Shown in pieces: positions 33,603 to 45,594 of a stretch of DNA of 58,304 bases. A model generated the notes under the pieces. That model ran no database searches and was not told the origin of the DNA. It saw nothing but the letters and a program-made list of their open reading frames with translations. The stretch lies in the NCBI GenBank assembly GCA_943913205.1, contig CALTWN010000001.1:1-58304 (forward strand), read 5' to 3'. Source of the DNA: an uncultured Bartonella sp. Lineage in GTDB: Bacteria > Pseudomonadota > Alphaproteobacteria > Rhizobiales > Rhizobiaceae. Made by a program: the position numbers and the translations under genes. How positions within the stretch are numbered: the stretch's first letter is position 1; the number at the start of each line of letters is the position of its first letter.

Positions 33603-35015
33603 CTAAGTTTGTTTTTCTAAAATAGTTGGTAAAGCATGGGCCCAATATGTTATATCCCCGGCACCCAAACATATAATATAGTCATTTTCTTTAGCAAGTT
33701 CAGCAATTTTATTTGCTAAATCTTCTTGATTATTTACCAAATATGCCTCCTTACCTGTGTTGGCTTTTATTTCCTTTACTAGCTCATTTGAGTTTGCGCC
33801 CATAATAGGTGCTTCCCCGGCTGAATAAACAGGTGTTAGAATAGCTATATCTGCATCTCTTATACAATTAACAAAATCAGCAAACAAATTATTCAACCTG
33901 CTATAGCGGTGCGGCTGTATAACTGCGATAATTTTACCTTTACTATTTTGCTTGGCAGCTTTAAGTACAGCTTTTATTTCGGTGGGGTGATGTCCATAAT
34001 CGTCAAAAATTTCCACATTTTTCCAAGTACCTATATGGGTAAAACGACGCTTAACACCGCTAAAACATTCAAGAGCCTTTTTTATATCTATAATATCAAT
34101 ACCAAGTTCCAAGGCAGTTACAATTGCAGCGGTCGCATTAGAAACATTATGAGTGCCTAACATTGGTATATAAAGATTTTCGATTACAGATTTTGTATTA
34201 TTTTTTTTATTATTTACAACTACATCAAAATATGTACCGATATTTTGATGCGTTTTATTTGTTTTTACGCAATAACATATATCTGCATTATCGGAAGCAC
34301 CATAGGTAATAATACGTCTTGTATGTATATTTTTTTTCAGTTTTTTTACATTATCATTATCTATACATAATACAGCAAAACCATAAAAAGGTATATTTTC
34401 AACAAATCTGGTAAAGGCCTTTTGTAATTTTTCAAAATTACCATAATAATCAAGATGCTCAGGATCTATATTTGTTATAATAGCAATATCTGCAGGTAGC
34501 TTTAAAAAACTTCCATCACTTTCGTCTGCCTCTACCACCATCCATTCGCCAGTACCATAAATAGCATTGCTGCCATATTCATTAATTATACCGCCATTAA
34601 CAACTGTTGGTTCATAGCCGCCGGCTGCTAGCAAAGCAGCTACAAGAGACGTTGTTGTTGTTTTACCATGGGTACCACCAATTGCTATAGTTCGTTTAAA
34701 TCGCATTAATTCTGCCAACATTTCAGCCCGCTTTACAACGGGCAAATCATTTGCTACAGCATATACATATTCAACATTATCAACATGAACAGCACTAGAC
34801 ACAACAATAACTTCAGCATTGCCTATGTTGCTAACATTATGACCAATAAAAACATTTATGCCTAAATTTTGCAGCCTCTTAGTATTAGCGCTTTCTTTTT
34901 GATCTGATCCTTGCACCTTATAGCCTATTTTATGTAATAATTCGGCTATACCACTCATTCCTATACCACCTATACCTACAAAATGTATTGCACCAATATT
35001 AATAGGTATTTTCAT
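33603..35015 (-). CDS. murC: UDP-N-acetylmuramate--L-alanine ligase
   Basis: HFVGIGGIGMSG, GTHGKTTTT, EADESDGSF and DDYGHHPTE. Confidence 0.98.
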   Translation of the reverse strand: MKIPINIGAIHFVGIGGIGMSGIAELLHKIGYKVQGSDQKESANTKRLQNLGINVFIGHNVSNIGNAEVIVVSSAVHVDNVEYVYAVANDLPVVKRAEMLAELMRFKRTIAIGGTHGKTTTTSLVAALLAAGGYEPTVVNGGIINEYGSNAIYGTGEWMVVEADESDGSFLKLPADIAIITNIDPEHLDYYGNFEKLQKAFTRFVENIPFYGFAVLCIDNDNVKKLKKNIHTRRIITYGASDNADICYCVKTNKTHQNIGTYFDVVVNNKKNNTKSVIENLYIPMLGTHNVSNATAAIVTALELGIDIIDIKKALECFSGVKRRFTHIGTWKNVEIFDDYGHHPTEIKAVLKAAKQNSKGKIIAVIQPHRYSRLNNLFADFVNCIRDADIAILTPVYSAGEAPIMGANSNELVKEIKANTGKEAYLVNNQEDLANKIAELAKENDYIICLGAGDITYWAHALPTILEKQT

Positions 35016-35025
35016 ACTATTTCCT

Positions 35026-36129
35026 TTATTTTATTAGATCTTCTACCAATTTTGCTAATTCTTGGGTAGCATTCGGTTTCCCAGCTTTTTTAGTTACTTT
35101 AGCTTGATCTAGTAGTTTTTTTGGATTATCCATCATATCTTTTATAATAGAGGCCAAAATCTCTGGGGTAAGGTTTTTTTGTTGGTATATAAGTCCTGCT
35201 CCGCAATTAACAAGATAAGACGCATTCTTTTCCTGGTCATTATCTATTGCATGCGGATAAGGCACTAGCAAAGCAGGACGCCCTATAACCGATATTTCTG
35301 ATACAGTTGAAGCACCAGAACGCGATATAATAAAATGTGCTTCAGCCATTTTTTCTGCTAAATCTATAAAAAAGGGAGCTATTTGCGCATTTATGCTTAA
35401 TTTTTCATATTGTTTTTGAAGCTCAAAACTATCGTTACGCGATTGTTGAACTAATTTTAAGCGTTTTCTATACGAAATATCCAAAATAGCAAGTGCTTGT
35501 GGCATTATTTTCGAAAAAAAACTTGCTCCTTGACTTCCGCCAAAAACTAATAAATTAAAAAAACCTCGCTCGTTAGGCAACTTATATAAAAAAGAAGAAT
35601 ATTTTAAAATCTCTTTTCGAACCGGATTACCAGTTTCTACAAATTTTGGAGCAAGCTTTGCAGTTTTTTCTAAAAAACCAGCAGCTATAGCATCGACACG
35701 AGAACTTAAAAACTTATTCGCTCGCCCCATAATTGCATTTTGTTCATGAATAAAGCTTTTTACCCTCATTGCTTTACCGATAAGGCTAGTTGCAACAACC
35801 ATTGGCGGCAATGTAGGATAGCCGCCAAAACCACCAACTACATCGGGTTTTATTTTTCGTATTATCCTATAAGACTGCCAAGCGCCTAAAATTAAACTAC
35901 TTAAAGTTTTTATTAAAGCTTTAGGATTTTTCCCTTTAATAGTGGCAGAGCGTACAACATGAATAGTAGCACCATCAAAATCGTGTACTAATTTTAAGGC
36001 CCTTTTATCTGTTATAATATCTACCTTATAGCCACGTTTTATAAGTTCTGTTGCTAAAGCTTTTGCTGGGAATAAATGGCCACCGGTTCCACCCGCTGCT
36101 AAAATAATTTTTTTATCTGTAGTTATCAT
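35026..36129 (-). CDS. murG: Lipid II GlcNAc transferase MurG
   Basis: GGTGGHLFPA, GFGGY, HEQNA, GGSQGA and SRSGAST. Confidence 0.98.
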   Translation of the reverse strand: MITTDKKIILAAGGTGGHLFPAKALATELIKRGYKVDIITDKRALKLVHDFDGATIHVVRSATIKGKNPKALIKTLSSLILGAWQSYRIIRKIKPDVVGGFGGYPTLPPMVVATSLIGKAMRVKSFIHEQNAIMGRANKFLSSRVDAIAAGFLEKTAKLAPKFVETGNPVRKEILKYSSFLYKLPNERGFFNLLVFGGSQGASFFSKIMPQALAILDISYRKRLKLVQQSRNDSFELQKQYEKLSINAQIAPFFIDLAEKMAEAHFIISRSGASTVSEISVIGRPALLVPYPHAIDNDQEKNASYLVNCGAGLIYQQKNLTPEILASIIKDMMDNPKKLLDQAKVTKKAGKPNATQELAKLVEDLIK

Positions 36130-36191
36130 TAGCTATTTTCACTATTAAATATAATTATATTTAGCTCAAATTTCTTAAGATAAAGATAAAA

Positions 36192-37322
36192 TTATATTTT
36201 TAAGCGACTTTCTAAACCTAAAGAAGTTTTTTTACGTGTAAGACTTAATAATGCACCCAAAACCAAAGCTATAGACATCATCGAAGATCCTCCATAAGAA
36301 ATAAAAGGCAGTGTCATTCCTTTAGCGGGCAATAAGTGTAAATTCACGCCAATATTTATAAAACTTTGCACCCCCAATTGTGTAGCAAGCCCCATTACGC
36401 TTAATTTTATAAAATAATTATCCTCATATTTAACACGTAAAATAGCTCGCATAACAATAAAAGCAAAGGCCAAACTTATAAAAATGCAAACTATAATGCC
36501 ATATTCTTCAGCTGCAACTGAAAAAACAAAATCTGTATGACTATCAGGAATAATACGTTTTATAGTACCCTCGCCTGGTCCTACACCAAACCAGCCCCCA
36601 TGCAAAATTGCTTCTCGGCCCATATCAACCTGAAAAGTATCGCCTAAACCAGTTAAAAATTTTTGCACCCGGATATGAACATGATAGCTATATAAATATA
36701 CTATATAAAATAATCCGCTTAACCCACCTATAAAAGCTAAAATATAAGCTACGCTAATATTCGCTAAAAACAGCATAACACTCCATATTATAGTAATAAG
36801 AACCGCCTGCCCTACATCAGGCTCTTTCAAAAGTAACATCAAGCAAGAAGCATAAATTAAAAATGACCACCATTTAGCAATTTTTAAATTATTTTCGATA
36901 GCTAGGCTAAATAACCAACCCGTTAAAACTATAAAACTTGGCTTTAAAATTTCTGAAGGCTCAATGGTTAGCCCAAATATTCTTAGCCACCGAACAGAAC
37001 CTTTGGTTTCTACACCAATAAATAAAACCGCTATTAATAATATAAAACTCAATATAGCCAAGCCAATATATAAATTGCGTAGCTGGGTTTCATCAAAAAA
37101 AGAGATAAACAGCATCAATATTAAGGCAATAAAGGCAAAACTCATATGCTGTTTTACAAAAGCATAACTATCGAGCCTTCCTATATGCATAGCGACCGAT
37201 GGACTAGCCGCAAAAGATAAAATAACCCCTACAATAAGCAATATTAAGCTTAAAAGTAATAAGCTTTTATCTATGGTCCACCACCAACGAGTTATAGAAC
37301 CCGTTTGTACTCTTGAAATCAT
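36192..37322 (-). CDS. ftsW: SEDS peptidoglycan glycosyltransferase FtsW
   Basis: KGSVRW, PSEILKP, PDSHTDFVF and LPAKGMTLPFISYGGSS. Confidence 0.96.
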   Translation of the reverse strand: MISRVQTGSITRWWWTIDKSLLLLSLILLIVGVILSFAASPSVAMHIGRLDSYAFVKQHMSFAFIALILMLFISFFDETQLRNLYIGLAILSFILLIAVLFIGVETKGSVRWLRIFGLTIEPSEILKPSFIVLTGWLFSLAIENNLKIAKWWSFLIYASCLMLLLKEPDVGQAVLITIIWSVMLFLANISVAYILAFIGGLSGLFYIVYLYSYHVHIRVQKFLTGLGDTFQVDMGREAILHGGWFGVGPGEGTIKRIIPDSHTDFVFSVAAEEYGIIVCIFISLAFAFIVMRAILRVKYEDNYFIKLSVMGLATQLGVQSFINIGVNLHLLPAKGMTLPFISYGGSSMMSIALVLGALLSLTRKKTSLGLESRLKI

Positions 37323-37347
37323 ATACCCATCCTACAAAAACATTATA

Positions 37348-38706
37348 TTACAAATTATTTACAATGTTTATAAAAGCATCGCCCCTTGCACTATAATTTG
37401 CAAATTGATCATAACTTGCACAGGCTGGCGATAATAATATTACACTGGTATTTTTATCTTTATAAGCGTCATCAAAAGCTTTTTTTACAGCCCTTTCTAA
37501 TGTGCCACAATTAAAAAAGTTAAAACTAGTATCAATAGTTTGAGCGAAATCTTGAGCAGATTCACCAATAAGATAAGCAGTTTTTATTTTATAAAATAAA
37601 GATTTTAAATTATCGATCCCACCTTTTTTAGCTATACCCCCGATTATCCAATAAATATTACTAAAAGTTTCTAGAGCTTGCATGCTAGCTTCTGCGTTTG
37701 TTGCCTTGCTGTCATTAACAAAGCTAACACGTCCAATTTTACGAACATATTGCATTCTATGGGGCAAACTTTTATAAGTTTCGCAAGCTTGTTGCCATGA
37801 AAAGTTTGTAGTCTCTTCGCCTAAAAATTCTTTTATACCACCTATAGCATTTAAAGCATTTTGTGCGTTATGTGGCCCTAAAAGGCTTAATATACTGCTT
37901 AAATCTGCTAATAATTTTTTATTATAATATAATTTCGAGTTATGGGCATAATAACCGCTAGCTGATTGAGTATGCAGCGAAACCGGGTGCAATCGCGTTT
38001 TTTTACAAAATTTTATATTTTCAGGCACAAATCCAATATCTGAATTATATATTAGCTGTTTTTTTATATTTTCATAATTCTGTATAGTGCCGTGGCACTC
38101 TATATGATCTGGTGTTACATTAAGTAAAATACCTACATCTGGATTTATAGAAGGGGCCAATTCTATTTGAAAAGAAGAACATTCTATAATATAAAAAATA
38201 TCTTTTTTTAAAGGAGCTAAATCTAAAATAGGGCGCCCTATATTACCACCCATTTCAACATTTTTACCCATAGATTGCAATAAATGCACAATTAAACTTG
38301 TAGTAGTAGATTTTCCGTTAGTACCTGTAATGGCTATAAAAGGCACATCTTTATTTTTTAAATTATTTTTATTTAAAAAATAATTTCGTTGTGCAACAAA
38401 AAGCTCTATATCTCCAATAATTTTAACATTATTTTTTCTAGCTAATTGAACGCTCCAATGAGATGCTGGATAATTTAAAGCTACACCAGGTGCTAATATT
38501 AAAGCATAAATATCGTTCCAATTAATTTCTTGTAAATGGCATAAATCGATAGAATATTGAGATGCGCGCAAGCGCGATGCTTCACTATCATCCCAGCATA
38601 CAACACTAGCGCCACCTTGCATAAGCGCCTTTGCACTAGCTATGCCAGAGGCACCCAGCCCAAATAGCGCAAATTTTTTACCTTTATAACAGTCTATATT
38701 TATCAT
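37348..38706 (-). CDS. murD: UDP-MurNAc-L-Ala--D-glutamate ligase
   Basis: ITGTNGKSTTT, GGNIG, SSFQ, NDSKATN and LSPACASYDQF. Confidence 0.97.
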   Translation of the reverse strand: MINIDCYKGKKFALFGLGASGIASAKALMQGGASVVCWDDSEASRLRASQYSIDLCHLQEINWNDIYALILAPGVALNYPASHWSVQLARKNNVKIIGDIELFVAQRNYFLNKNNLKNKDVPFIAITGTNGKSTTTSLIVHLLQSMGKNVEMGGNIGRPILDLAPLKKDIFYIIECSSFQIELAPSINPDVGILLNVTPDHIECHGTIQNYENIKKQLIYNSDIGFVPENIKFCKKTRLHPVSLHTQSASGYYAHNSKLYYNKKLLADLSSILSLLGPHNAQNALNAIGGIKEFLGEETTNFSWQQACETYKSLPHRMQYVRKIGRVSFVNDSKATNAEASMQALETFSNIYWIIGGIAKKGGIDNLKSLFYKIKTAYLIGESAQDFAQTIDTSFNFFNCGTLERAVKKAFDDAYKDKNTSVILLSPACASYDQFANYSARGDAFINIVNNL

Positions 38707-38709
38707 TTA

Positions 38710-39780
38710 TTATCGTAGCTTTAAGGTTAGCAGCCCTATTAGAGCTAAAAAAATGGCTATAATCCAAAATCTTATAACTACCTGGCTTTCACTCCAACCA
38801 TTTTTTTCAAAATGATGGTGAATAGGTGCCATCAAAAATACACGTTTTTTACGCATTTTAAAAGACACTACTTGGATAATAACCGAAAGCGCCTCTAATA
38901 CAAAAATACCGCCCACGATAATTAATAATATTTCTTGCTTAGTAATTATGGATACACACCCCAATAAACCTCCAAGAGCCAAAGAGCCAGTATCTCCCAT
39001 AAACATTGCGGCAGGCGGTGCATTAAACCATAAAAATCCTAACCCAGCACCTATTAATGCCATTAAAATAATAGTGATTTCACCAGCACCTGGTATCATT
39101 GTAATTTGTAAATAATTTGCCCATATTGCATTACCGCATAAATACGCTGTAAAGGCGAAAAAACAGCTAGCTATTATTACCGGAACTATTGCCAACCCAT
39201 CTAAACCATCAGTAAAATTTACGGCATTACCAGTACCCACTATCACAAAAGATGCGAAAGGCACAAAAAACCAGCCAAAATTTAGTAAATAGTGTTTTAT
39301 AAAAGGTATTTCTATAGCAGGCGCGCTATATCTACTTATTATAAACGCTGCTATAGCAGCTATTATAAATTCTAATAAAAGTCGTGATTTTGCGCTAAAT
39401 CCTCGGCTACTTCGTTTAATAACTTTCAAATAATCATCGTAAAGCCCGATAGCACCAAAAGAAAACATCACAAATAAACTTACCCAGAAGTAAATAATAT
39501 AAAAATTACCCCACAAAAAAGAAGAACATAAAACAGATGCTAATATTATAATACCCCCCATTGTTGGGGTGCCAATTTTTTTAAAATGACTTTCTGGTCC
39601 GTCATCTCTTATCGGTTGCCCATATGATTGCCATTTTTTAAGGTAAACTATAAATAAATTACCAAATATAAAAACCATAAAAGCTGATGTTAAAAGCGCA
39701 GCTATTGCTCTAAAACTTATATATTTAAATATTCCTGCGCCTGGAATATAGGCGTGTAATATAGTTAATAACATAAACAT
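38710..39780 (-). CDS. mraY: Phospho-MurNAc-pentapeptide transferase
   Basis: [27 protein letters not shown] and MAPIHHHFE. Confidence 0.98.
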   Translation of the reverse strand: MFMLLTILHAYIPGAGIFKYISFRAIAALLTSAFMVFIFGNLFIVYLKKWQSYGQPIRDDGPESHFKKIGTPTMGGIIILASVLCSSFLWGNFYIIYFWVSLFVMFSFGAIGLYDDYLKVIKRSSRGFSAKSRLLLEFIIAAIAAFIISRYSAPAIEIPFIKHYLLNFGWFFVPFASFVIVGTGNAVNFTDGLDGLAIVPVIIASCFFAFTAYLCGNAIWANYLQITMIPGAGEITIILMALIGAGLGFLWFNAPPAAMFMGDTGSLALGGLLGCVSIITKQEILLIIVGGIFVLEALSVIIQVVSFKMRKKRVFLMAPIHHHFEKNGWSESQVVIRFWIIAIFLALIGLLTLKLR

Positions 39781-39785
39781 ATTTG

Positions 39786-41180
39786 CTACCTATATTTCTC
39801 TTTTAATGCCGCTACAATTTTATGGGTAGCTATACTATTGGAAGATTTTAACATAATAATATCATTTGCTTTTACACAATCAACCACAGCGAGCAAAATT
39901 TCTTCAATATTCTCGCCCCAAAAACAAGAAATTTTTTTTTGTTTTTCTAATTCTAAAGCTAAATACTTCATTTCTTTACCAGCTAAATAAACCAAATTAA
40001 TTTTATCAGGATCGATAATTTGTGCTAAATTTTTATGCATTTCTTCAGAATATAAACCTAATTCCAACATATCACCTAACACTAGGATTTTTCTACCATC
40101 ATTATTTTGCTGACGGTTAACTAAGCTAGATATAGCTTGCTTCATAGAAGTAGGATTTGCGTTATAGCTTTCATCTATTATGGTAAAGCTATTATTTGAT
40201 GTTAAGTTTAGTGTCGTTATCTCGCCGCGTCCCTTTAATGGTGTTATTGTTTTAAAAACATTAAAACATTTTTCAATATTTAATCCCAAAAATTTGAGAA
40301 CCCCCAAAGTTGCCATCACGTTATATGCCATATATTTTTCGAATGGAGATGTTTTTATTTCTCCCATATTGGATTTAATAATATTATTTTCATAACTTAA
40401 AAATTTATAGTTTGACTTTTCGCTATTACCAAAAAATTCAATATTTTTTATATTCGCTTCTATAGCCATAGAATATAAAAACTTGCTATATTCATCATCG
40501 CTATTTATAAGTGCTAATCCATCACAGTGTTGATTACAATAAATCTCACTTTTCGCAGTAGCAATAGCGTGTATATTAGCAAAATTACCTATATGTGCAG
40601 GAGCAATAGCTGTTATTATTGAAATATGAGGTAGCACCATAGAGCCCAATTCCAATAACTCGCCACTGTGATTCATTCCAAGTTCAAAAATTCCATACTC
40701 AGTGTCTTTCGGCATAGATGCAAGAGTAAGAGGAACTCCCCAGTGATTATTATATGATGCGTAACTAGCATGAGTTTTGCCATATAATTTTAAAACAGAG
40801 TATAAAAGCTCTTTAAGAGATGTTTTACCAACTGAGCCAGTTATAGCAATAATTTTTGCCTTTGTACGGCTACGCGCGGCATGCGCTAGCTGTTTTAAGG
40901 CCTGCATTGTATCATCAACTAATAAAATAGGAGCATTAGCTTTTAGTAACTCAGTTGCTTTGCCGCGCTCTAATACAAGCAAAGATGCCCCATTATTATA
41001 CGCTTGTTGAGCAAAATCATGACCATCAAATTTCTTACCCTTGATAGCAAAAAAAATTGACCCTTTTGCAGTGATGCGGCTATCTATTGAAATAGCGGTA
41101 AAACTTTCAGCAAACTCACCTCTTAATTCACCTATAATAGAATTTAAAACTTCATGCTTTGTCCATAATTTATGCGACAT
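39786..41180 (-). CDS. murF: UDP-MurNAc-tripeptide--D-Ala-D-Ala ligase
   Basis: [32 protein letters not shown] and GDMLELG. Confidence 0.97.
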   Translation of the reverse strand: MSHKLWTKHEVLNSIIGELRGEFAESFTAISIDSRITAKGSIFFAIKGKKFDGHDFAQQAYNNGASLLVLERGKATELLKANAPILLVDDTMQALKQLAHAARSRTKAKIIAITGSVGKTSLKELLYSVLKLYGKTHASYASYNNHWGVPLTLASMPKDTEYGIFELGMNHSGELLELGSMVLPHISIITAIAPAHIGNFANIHAIATAKSEIYCNQHCDGLALINSDDEYSKFLYSMAIEANIKNIEFFGNSEKSNYKFLSYENNIIKSNMGEIKTSPFEKYMAYNVMATLGVLKFLGLNIEKCFNVFKTITPLKGRGEITTLNLTSNNSFTIIDESYNANPTSMKQAISSLVNRQQNNDGRKILVLGDMLELGLYSEEMHKNLAQIIDPDKINLVYLAGKEMKYLALELEKQKKISCFWGENIEEILLAVVDCVKANDIIMLKSSNSIATHKIVAALKEKYR

Positions 41181-41191
41181 TATGCGCTATC

Positions 41192-42682
41192 CTACTTATT
41201 TAAATACTTTAAAATTTCTTGCTCATCACTAAAATTATAAACAACATTACCAATTTGTTGCCCGGTTTCATGCCCCTTACCAACTATCAATACTGTATCA
41301 TTTTCTTTTGCTATGTCTATGGCGTATTTTATAGCTTCGGCTCTATCGCCTATTTCTATTGCCTTATCGGCACTTTTTAAAATTTCTTTCCTTATATTAA
41401 CAGCTGTCTCATATCTAGGATTATCATCGGTTACAATTACAATATCTGCTAACGTTTGAGCTATAGCACCCATTATAGGACGTTTGCCTCTATCTCTGTC
41501 ACCCCCGCAGCCAAACACTAAAATTATTCGCCCTGTTGTTATGCATCGCATAGTTAACAAAACACTTTCAAGGGCCTCTGGCTTATGTGCATAATCTACA
41601 TAAATTTTAGCCGAATTTATATTTTTGGCAATTAGCTGCATACGACCCGGCACTGGTAAAACTTTGCTTAAAGAATTTACTGCTAGCTCTATATTTGCGC
41701 CCAAAGTTATTACAAATCCTAACGACATTAAAGCATTGTGCCATTGAAATTCACCTTCTAAATAAAACTCACCTTTATATATCTTACTATTTATTTCTAA
41801 CTCAAAATTATTATTGTTTTTAGATAATACTTTAATAAAACTGCCTTGACTTCCTATAGTTAAGATATGCTTATTATATTCTTTGATAGTATTTATTACA
41901 TCCTTACTATATTTGTCATCATCAAAAATTAAAGCGGGAGCATCACTGGGCAGTATATCCTTAAATAATTTCATTTTTGCTAAAAAATAATTTTCACTTG
42001 TTTGGTGGTAATCTAAATGATCACGCCCAAAATTAGTAAAAGCGGCGCATGCAAGATCTATATTATTAATTCTACCTTGATTTATACCGTGTGAAGATGC
42101 TTCCATAACTACATAATCTATATTTTGTTCTTTTAAATCGTTTAAAGTTTTAAATAAATCCAATAATCCTGGAGTAGTTAAGTTTTTGCCTTTTTTACGC
42201 GGCAAAGCAGAAACGCCCAAAGTGCCAATAAAAGAAGATTTATAGCCCATTATCTGCCACAATTGATTTGTGAACCAGGCAACTGAAGTTTTTCCACTAG
42301 TACCAGTAACAGCCACAATGTTATTTGGTTTTTTTTTCCAAAATAGCTTAGCACTATTTACTAAACATTCCTTAGCATCTGGTACAGCTATCAAACAAGC
42401 ACTTTTATAAAGATATACATCTTCAATAACATTATCAGCTAGCCCTAATTTTTGCGCTACATAATTTTTACTCTGTTTAGAGTAAATAATAAAGATAGCA
42501 CCTTTTTCTATAGCATGTAAAATAAAATCATTGCCATTCGCCACGCTTCCTTGCATAGCGAAGAATATAGTATTATTGTTAACATCATAACTGGCATCAG
42601 TTATATTTTCTATTTCAAAATTTTGAAATTTTTGCAATATACCAGAGTCAGGTAACAGATGTAAAAGATTTTTTAGTTGCAT
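41192..42682 (-). CDS. murE: UDP-MurNAc-dipeptide--meso-DAP ligase
   Basis: VTGTSGKT, MEASSH, DYAHKP, GCGGDRD, DNPR (DAP specificity) and GKGHE. Confidence 0.97.
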   Translation of the reverse strand: MQLKNLLHLLPDSGILQKFQNFEIENITDASYDVNNNTIFFAMQGSVANGNDFILHAIEKGAIFIIYSKQSKNYVAQKLGLADNVIEDVYLYKSACLIAVPDAKECLVNSAKLFWKKKPNNIVAVTGTSGKTSVAWFTNQLWQIMGYKSSFIGTLGVSALPRKKGKNLTTPGLLDLFKTLNDLKEQNIDYVVMEASSHGINQGRINNIDLACAAFTNFGRDHLDYHQTSENYFLAKMKLFKDILPSDAPALIFDDDKYSKDVINTIKEYNKHILTIGSQGSFIKVLSKNNNNFELEINSKIYKGEFYLEGEFQWHNALMSLGFVITLGANIELAVNSLSKVLPVPGRMQLIAKNINSAKIYVDYAHKPEALESVLLTMRCITTGRIILVFGCGGDRDRGKRPIMGAIAQTLADIVIVTDDNPRYETAVNIRKEILKSADKAIEIGDRAEAIKYAIDIAKENDTVLIVGKGHETGQQIGNVVYNFSDEQEILKYLNK

Positions 42683-42694
42683 TATGCATGCCTA

Positions 42695-44287
42695 TTAATT
42701 GTTTGGATGTATACCTAAAAAGTTAGCACATCTATTGATAATTTCAACAGCCATTGGTGCCGCATTAAAACCTGCCGTTACCCCCTCATGCTCATTAACT
42801 TTTTGCGGTGCATCAATAATAGTTAAAACAATATATTTTGGATGCCGTAAAGGAAAAGCAGCTAAGAAACTATTAAAATTCTTATCTTTATTATATTTAC
42901 CATTTTCAACTTTTTCAGCTGTTCCAGTTTTGCCTCCAATATCATAATAGGCTTCATTAGCAAAATGTCCAGACCCCTTATTCATATTTAAGCGAAGAAG
43001 TTGTATCAAATCTTTACTTGTTTTTCTAGAAATTACTTGTTTTCCTGGTACGATACGTTTATTTTCTACTTTTAAAAAAGTAGGTGAGCGCAAATAGCCG
43101 CCATTTACTAAAACCGATGAGCTTGTAGAAACCTGCAATGGCGTAAACATAATTCCATGGCCAAATGAAATGGTCATAGAATTTACTTTTTTCCATTTTT
43201 TAGGTTCAACAGTGGTAGATATTTCAGGTATTTCTGCTTGTAATCTACTAAGCAAACCTATTTTTTTTAAAAAAGCGCGATGCTTTGATACACCAATTTC
43301 TTCTGCCTCTTTAGCCGACCCTATATTAGATGAGTGTATAAATACATCCGATACAGATAAGGGTTTATATAAACCATGAAAATCATGTATAAATTGATGT
43401 GGCCCAACTTGAAAAGGTTTGCTAGCGTCAACCATAGTATCTGGCGTGAATTTACCGCTATCAAGCGCCATAGCTGTAGTAAAAACCTTAATCACAGAGC
43501 CCATTTCGTACAATCCGCTAGACATACGATTCAAATTATTTGGCTGCAATGCTTCCTGGGGATGTGAAGGATTAAAGTCAGGTATAGAGCTCATAGCAAT
43601 AATTTCGCCTGTATTTACATTTTGCACAATTGCCCCTGCAGCTTGAGCCTTATATTTTATCATTGCTTCTTTTAAAACCTGGCAAACTACAGATTGAATT
43701 CTAATATCCATTGATAAAATTATAGGAGAAAGGTCAATTTTGTTTGCTATATTTTGCGCCTGAGCTTGTGAACGCCCTTGAGTATCAATATATTTTTCAA
43801 TGCCAGCTAAACCTTTATTGTCAATATTTACGTACCCAACAATATAAGCCGCCTCATTTCCATTAATGTAATATCTGTGCGTTTCTCTTCGAAAACCTAG
43901 CCCAGGCAAGCCTAAAGACTTAACGGCGCTTTTTTGCTGAGCTGTTAAATTGCGTTCTATCCAAACAAAAGACTGTTTACTATGTAATTTTTTTATAACT
44001 AATTTAATATTTAATTTTGGTAATGCCTTATGAAGTATATGTACAGTTTCTTTGATATTTATTATTCTTTTTGGCTGGGCAAAAAGCGCAAAGCTTTGTA
44101 TATCACTTGCTAATAATTTGCCATTTCTGTCTAAAATATCTGGCCTCACAATAGTAAGATCACCCGCCGGATAAGGTGTTTCCTCAATACCTTGTCCTTG
44201 TAGTCCAAACCAAATTAGCCGTGCGATCAAAAGGCTAAATAGACTAACAAAAAAAAACAGCACTAGATTATATCGTATTTTAGACAT
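42695..44287 (-). CDS. ftsI: Class B penicillin-binding protein FtsI/PBP3
   Basis: RPDILDRNG, SxxK (SVIK), SSN and KTGT motifs; dcw position. Confidence 0.94.
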   Translation of the reverse strand: MSKIRYNLVLFFFVSLFSLLIARLIWFGLQGQGIEETPYPAGDLTIVRPDILDRNGKLLASDIQSFALFAQPKRIINIKETVHILHKALPKLNIKLVIKKLHSKQSFVWIERNLTAQQKSAVKSLGLPGLGFRRETHRYYINGNEAAYIVGYVNIDNKGLAGIEKYIDTQGRSQAQAQNIANKIDLSPIILSMDIRIQSVVCQVLKEAMIKYKAQAAGAIVQNVNTGEIIAMSSIPDFNPSHPQEALQPNNLNRMSSGLYEMGSVIKVFTTAMALDSGKFTPDTMVDASKPFQVGPHQFIHDFHGLYKPLSVSDVFIHSSNIGSAKEAEEIGVSKHRAFLKKIGLLSRLQAEIPEISTTVEPKKWKKVNSMTISFGHGIMFTPLQVSTSSSVLVNGGYLRSPTFLKVENKRIVPGKQVISRKTSKDLIQLLRLNMNKGSGHFANEAYYDIGGKTGTAEKVENGKYNKDKNFNSFLAAFPLRHPKYIVLTIIDAPQKVNEHEGVTAGFNAAPMAVEIINRCANFLGIHPNN

Positions 44288-44302
44288 TACGCTATCCCAG
44301 CT

Positions 44303-44602
44303 TTAATTATTTTCAGCTCGCTGGGGCAAACTATCTATGGTTACAATATTTTTAGGTTTTATTGGTTCTAAATTTAAATCTTTGTATTTTTGCAAAATAC
44401 TATTTATATAATATGGAGAAGTTACATATGACCATTCTATTTTTAACTGGTCAAGAGCATTTTCTTCTTTTTCTATTTGCTTACAAATATATGTTTCTTC
44501 TTTATTTAATCGATGAGAATTATTTTTTATAATATATGTATAACTTATTATAACTATAAGTAATAATATTACGACAATATCCATAACACGAAAAAATGGC
44601 AT
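44303..44602 (-). CDS. ftsL: Cell division protein FtsL (divergent)
   Basis: N-terminal TM plus coiled coil ending LKIEWSYVTSP; lies between rsmH and ftsI. Confidence 0.8.
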   Translation of the reverse strand: MPFFRVMDIVVILLLIVIISYTYIIKNNSHRLNKEETYICKQIEKEENALDQLKIEWSYVTSPYYINSILQKYKDLNLEPIKPKNIVTIDSLPQRAENN

Positions 44603-44613
44603 AGCTTTTACTC

Positions 44614-45594
44614 TTAATTAAATTGCAATGTCTTATATAAATTTTCTTGTACTGCTATAGGCGCAGCATCATTGCGAATAGCATAGCGAAATTTAGCCGA
44701 CCTTGCCCTTTTATTTTCTAAACATTCTGCCTCTGAAGGCATTATAGCTTTTTTATGAGGCAGCAAAAAGCTAGGACAATAATTTTGTATCTGCGGCATA
44801 TAACGTGAAACAGCTTTTGCTTGCGATCTATGTACCAAAAATTTTTTAACTATTTTGTCTTCTAAAGAATGAAAAGTTACAACGCCAATTTTACCACCTT
44901 TTGGCAGAATATTCTCCGCTGCTCGCAAAACATTATTTAACTCTGCTAATTCATCATTAATATAAATTCTTAAGGCCTGAAACACACGGGTGGCCGGGTG
45001 TATTTTCTGAAAATGACGCTTTGGTAATATAGCTTCAATAGCATTGCTTAACTCTAAAGTGTGGCTAAATGGTTTTTGTTGACGACACTTATCAATCATA
45101 ATAGCTATTTTTTTTGCGTGCGATTCTTCGCCATAATATTTAAATATTTGCGTTAAAGCCTCAATTGTGTATGTATTTACAACATCTGCTGCTGTTTTAG
45201 TAGTACCTCCCATACGCATATCTAAGGGACCGTCTTTTTGAAAAGAAAATCCCCTATCTGCTTGATCTATTTGCATAGAAGAAACGCCTATATCAAGAAC
45301 AATAACATCTGGAGCTTCAATCTCAAGCTCATTTAGCCTGCCAAAGCTAGTGTTTATTAAAGTCAGCTTATTGCCAAATTGTGTTTGTAGAGCTTTACCT
45401 TTTTGCAGCGCGGTTTTATCTCTGTCTAAAGCTATAACATTTGCACCACGTTCTAAAAAAGCCTTACTATAACCGCCAGCACCAAAAGTACAGTCTACTA
45501 CCAGTTTATTTTGCATAGAATCATCAGCTAAATAAGTTAGCACTTCATTCAGCATAACTGGTATATGTGGTGTATTATCTGTTTCTAAACTCAT
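44614..45594 (-). CDS. rsmH: 16S rRNA m4C1402 methyltransferase
   Basis: HIPVML, DCTFGAGGYS, DIGVSSMQ, FQALRI and FHSLED. Confidence 0.97.
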   Translation of the reverse strand: MSLETDNTPHIPVMLNEVLTYLADDSMQNKLVVDCTFGAGGYSKAFLERGANVIALDRDKTALQKGKALQTQFGNKLTLINTSFGRLNELEIEAPDVIVLDIGVSSMQIDQADRGFSFQKDGPLDMRMGGTTKTAADVVNTYTIEALTQIFKYYGEESHAKKIAIMIDKCRQQKPFSHTLELSNAIEAILPKRHFQKIHPATRVFQALRIYINDELAELNNVLRAAENILPKGGKIGVVTFHSLEDKIVKKFLVHRSQAKAVSRYMPQIQNYCPSFLLPHKKAIMPSEAECLENKRARSAKFRYAIRNDAAPIAVQENLYKTLQFN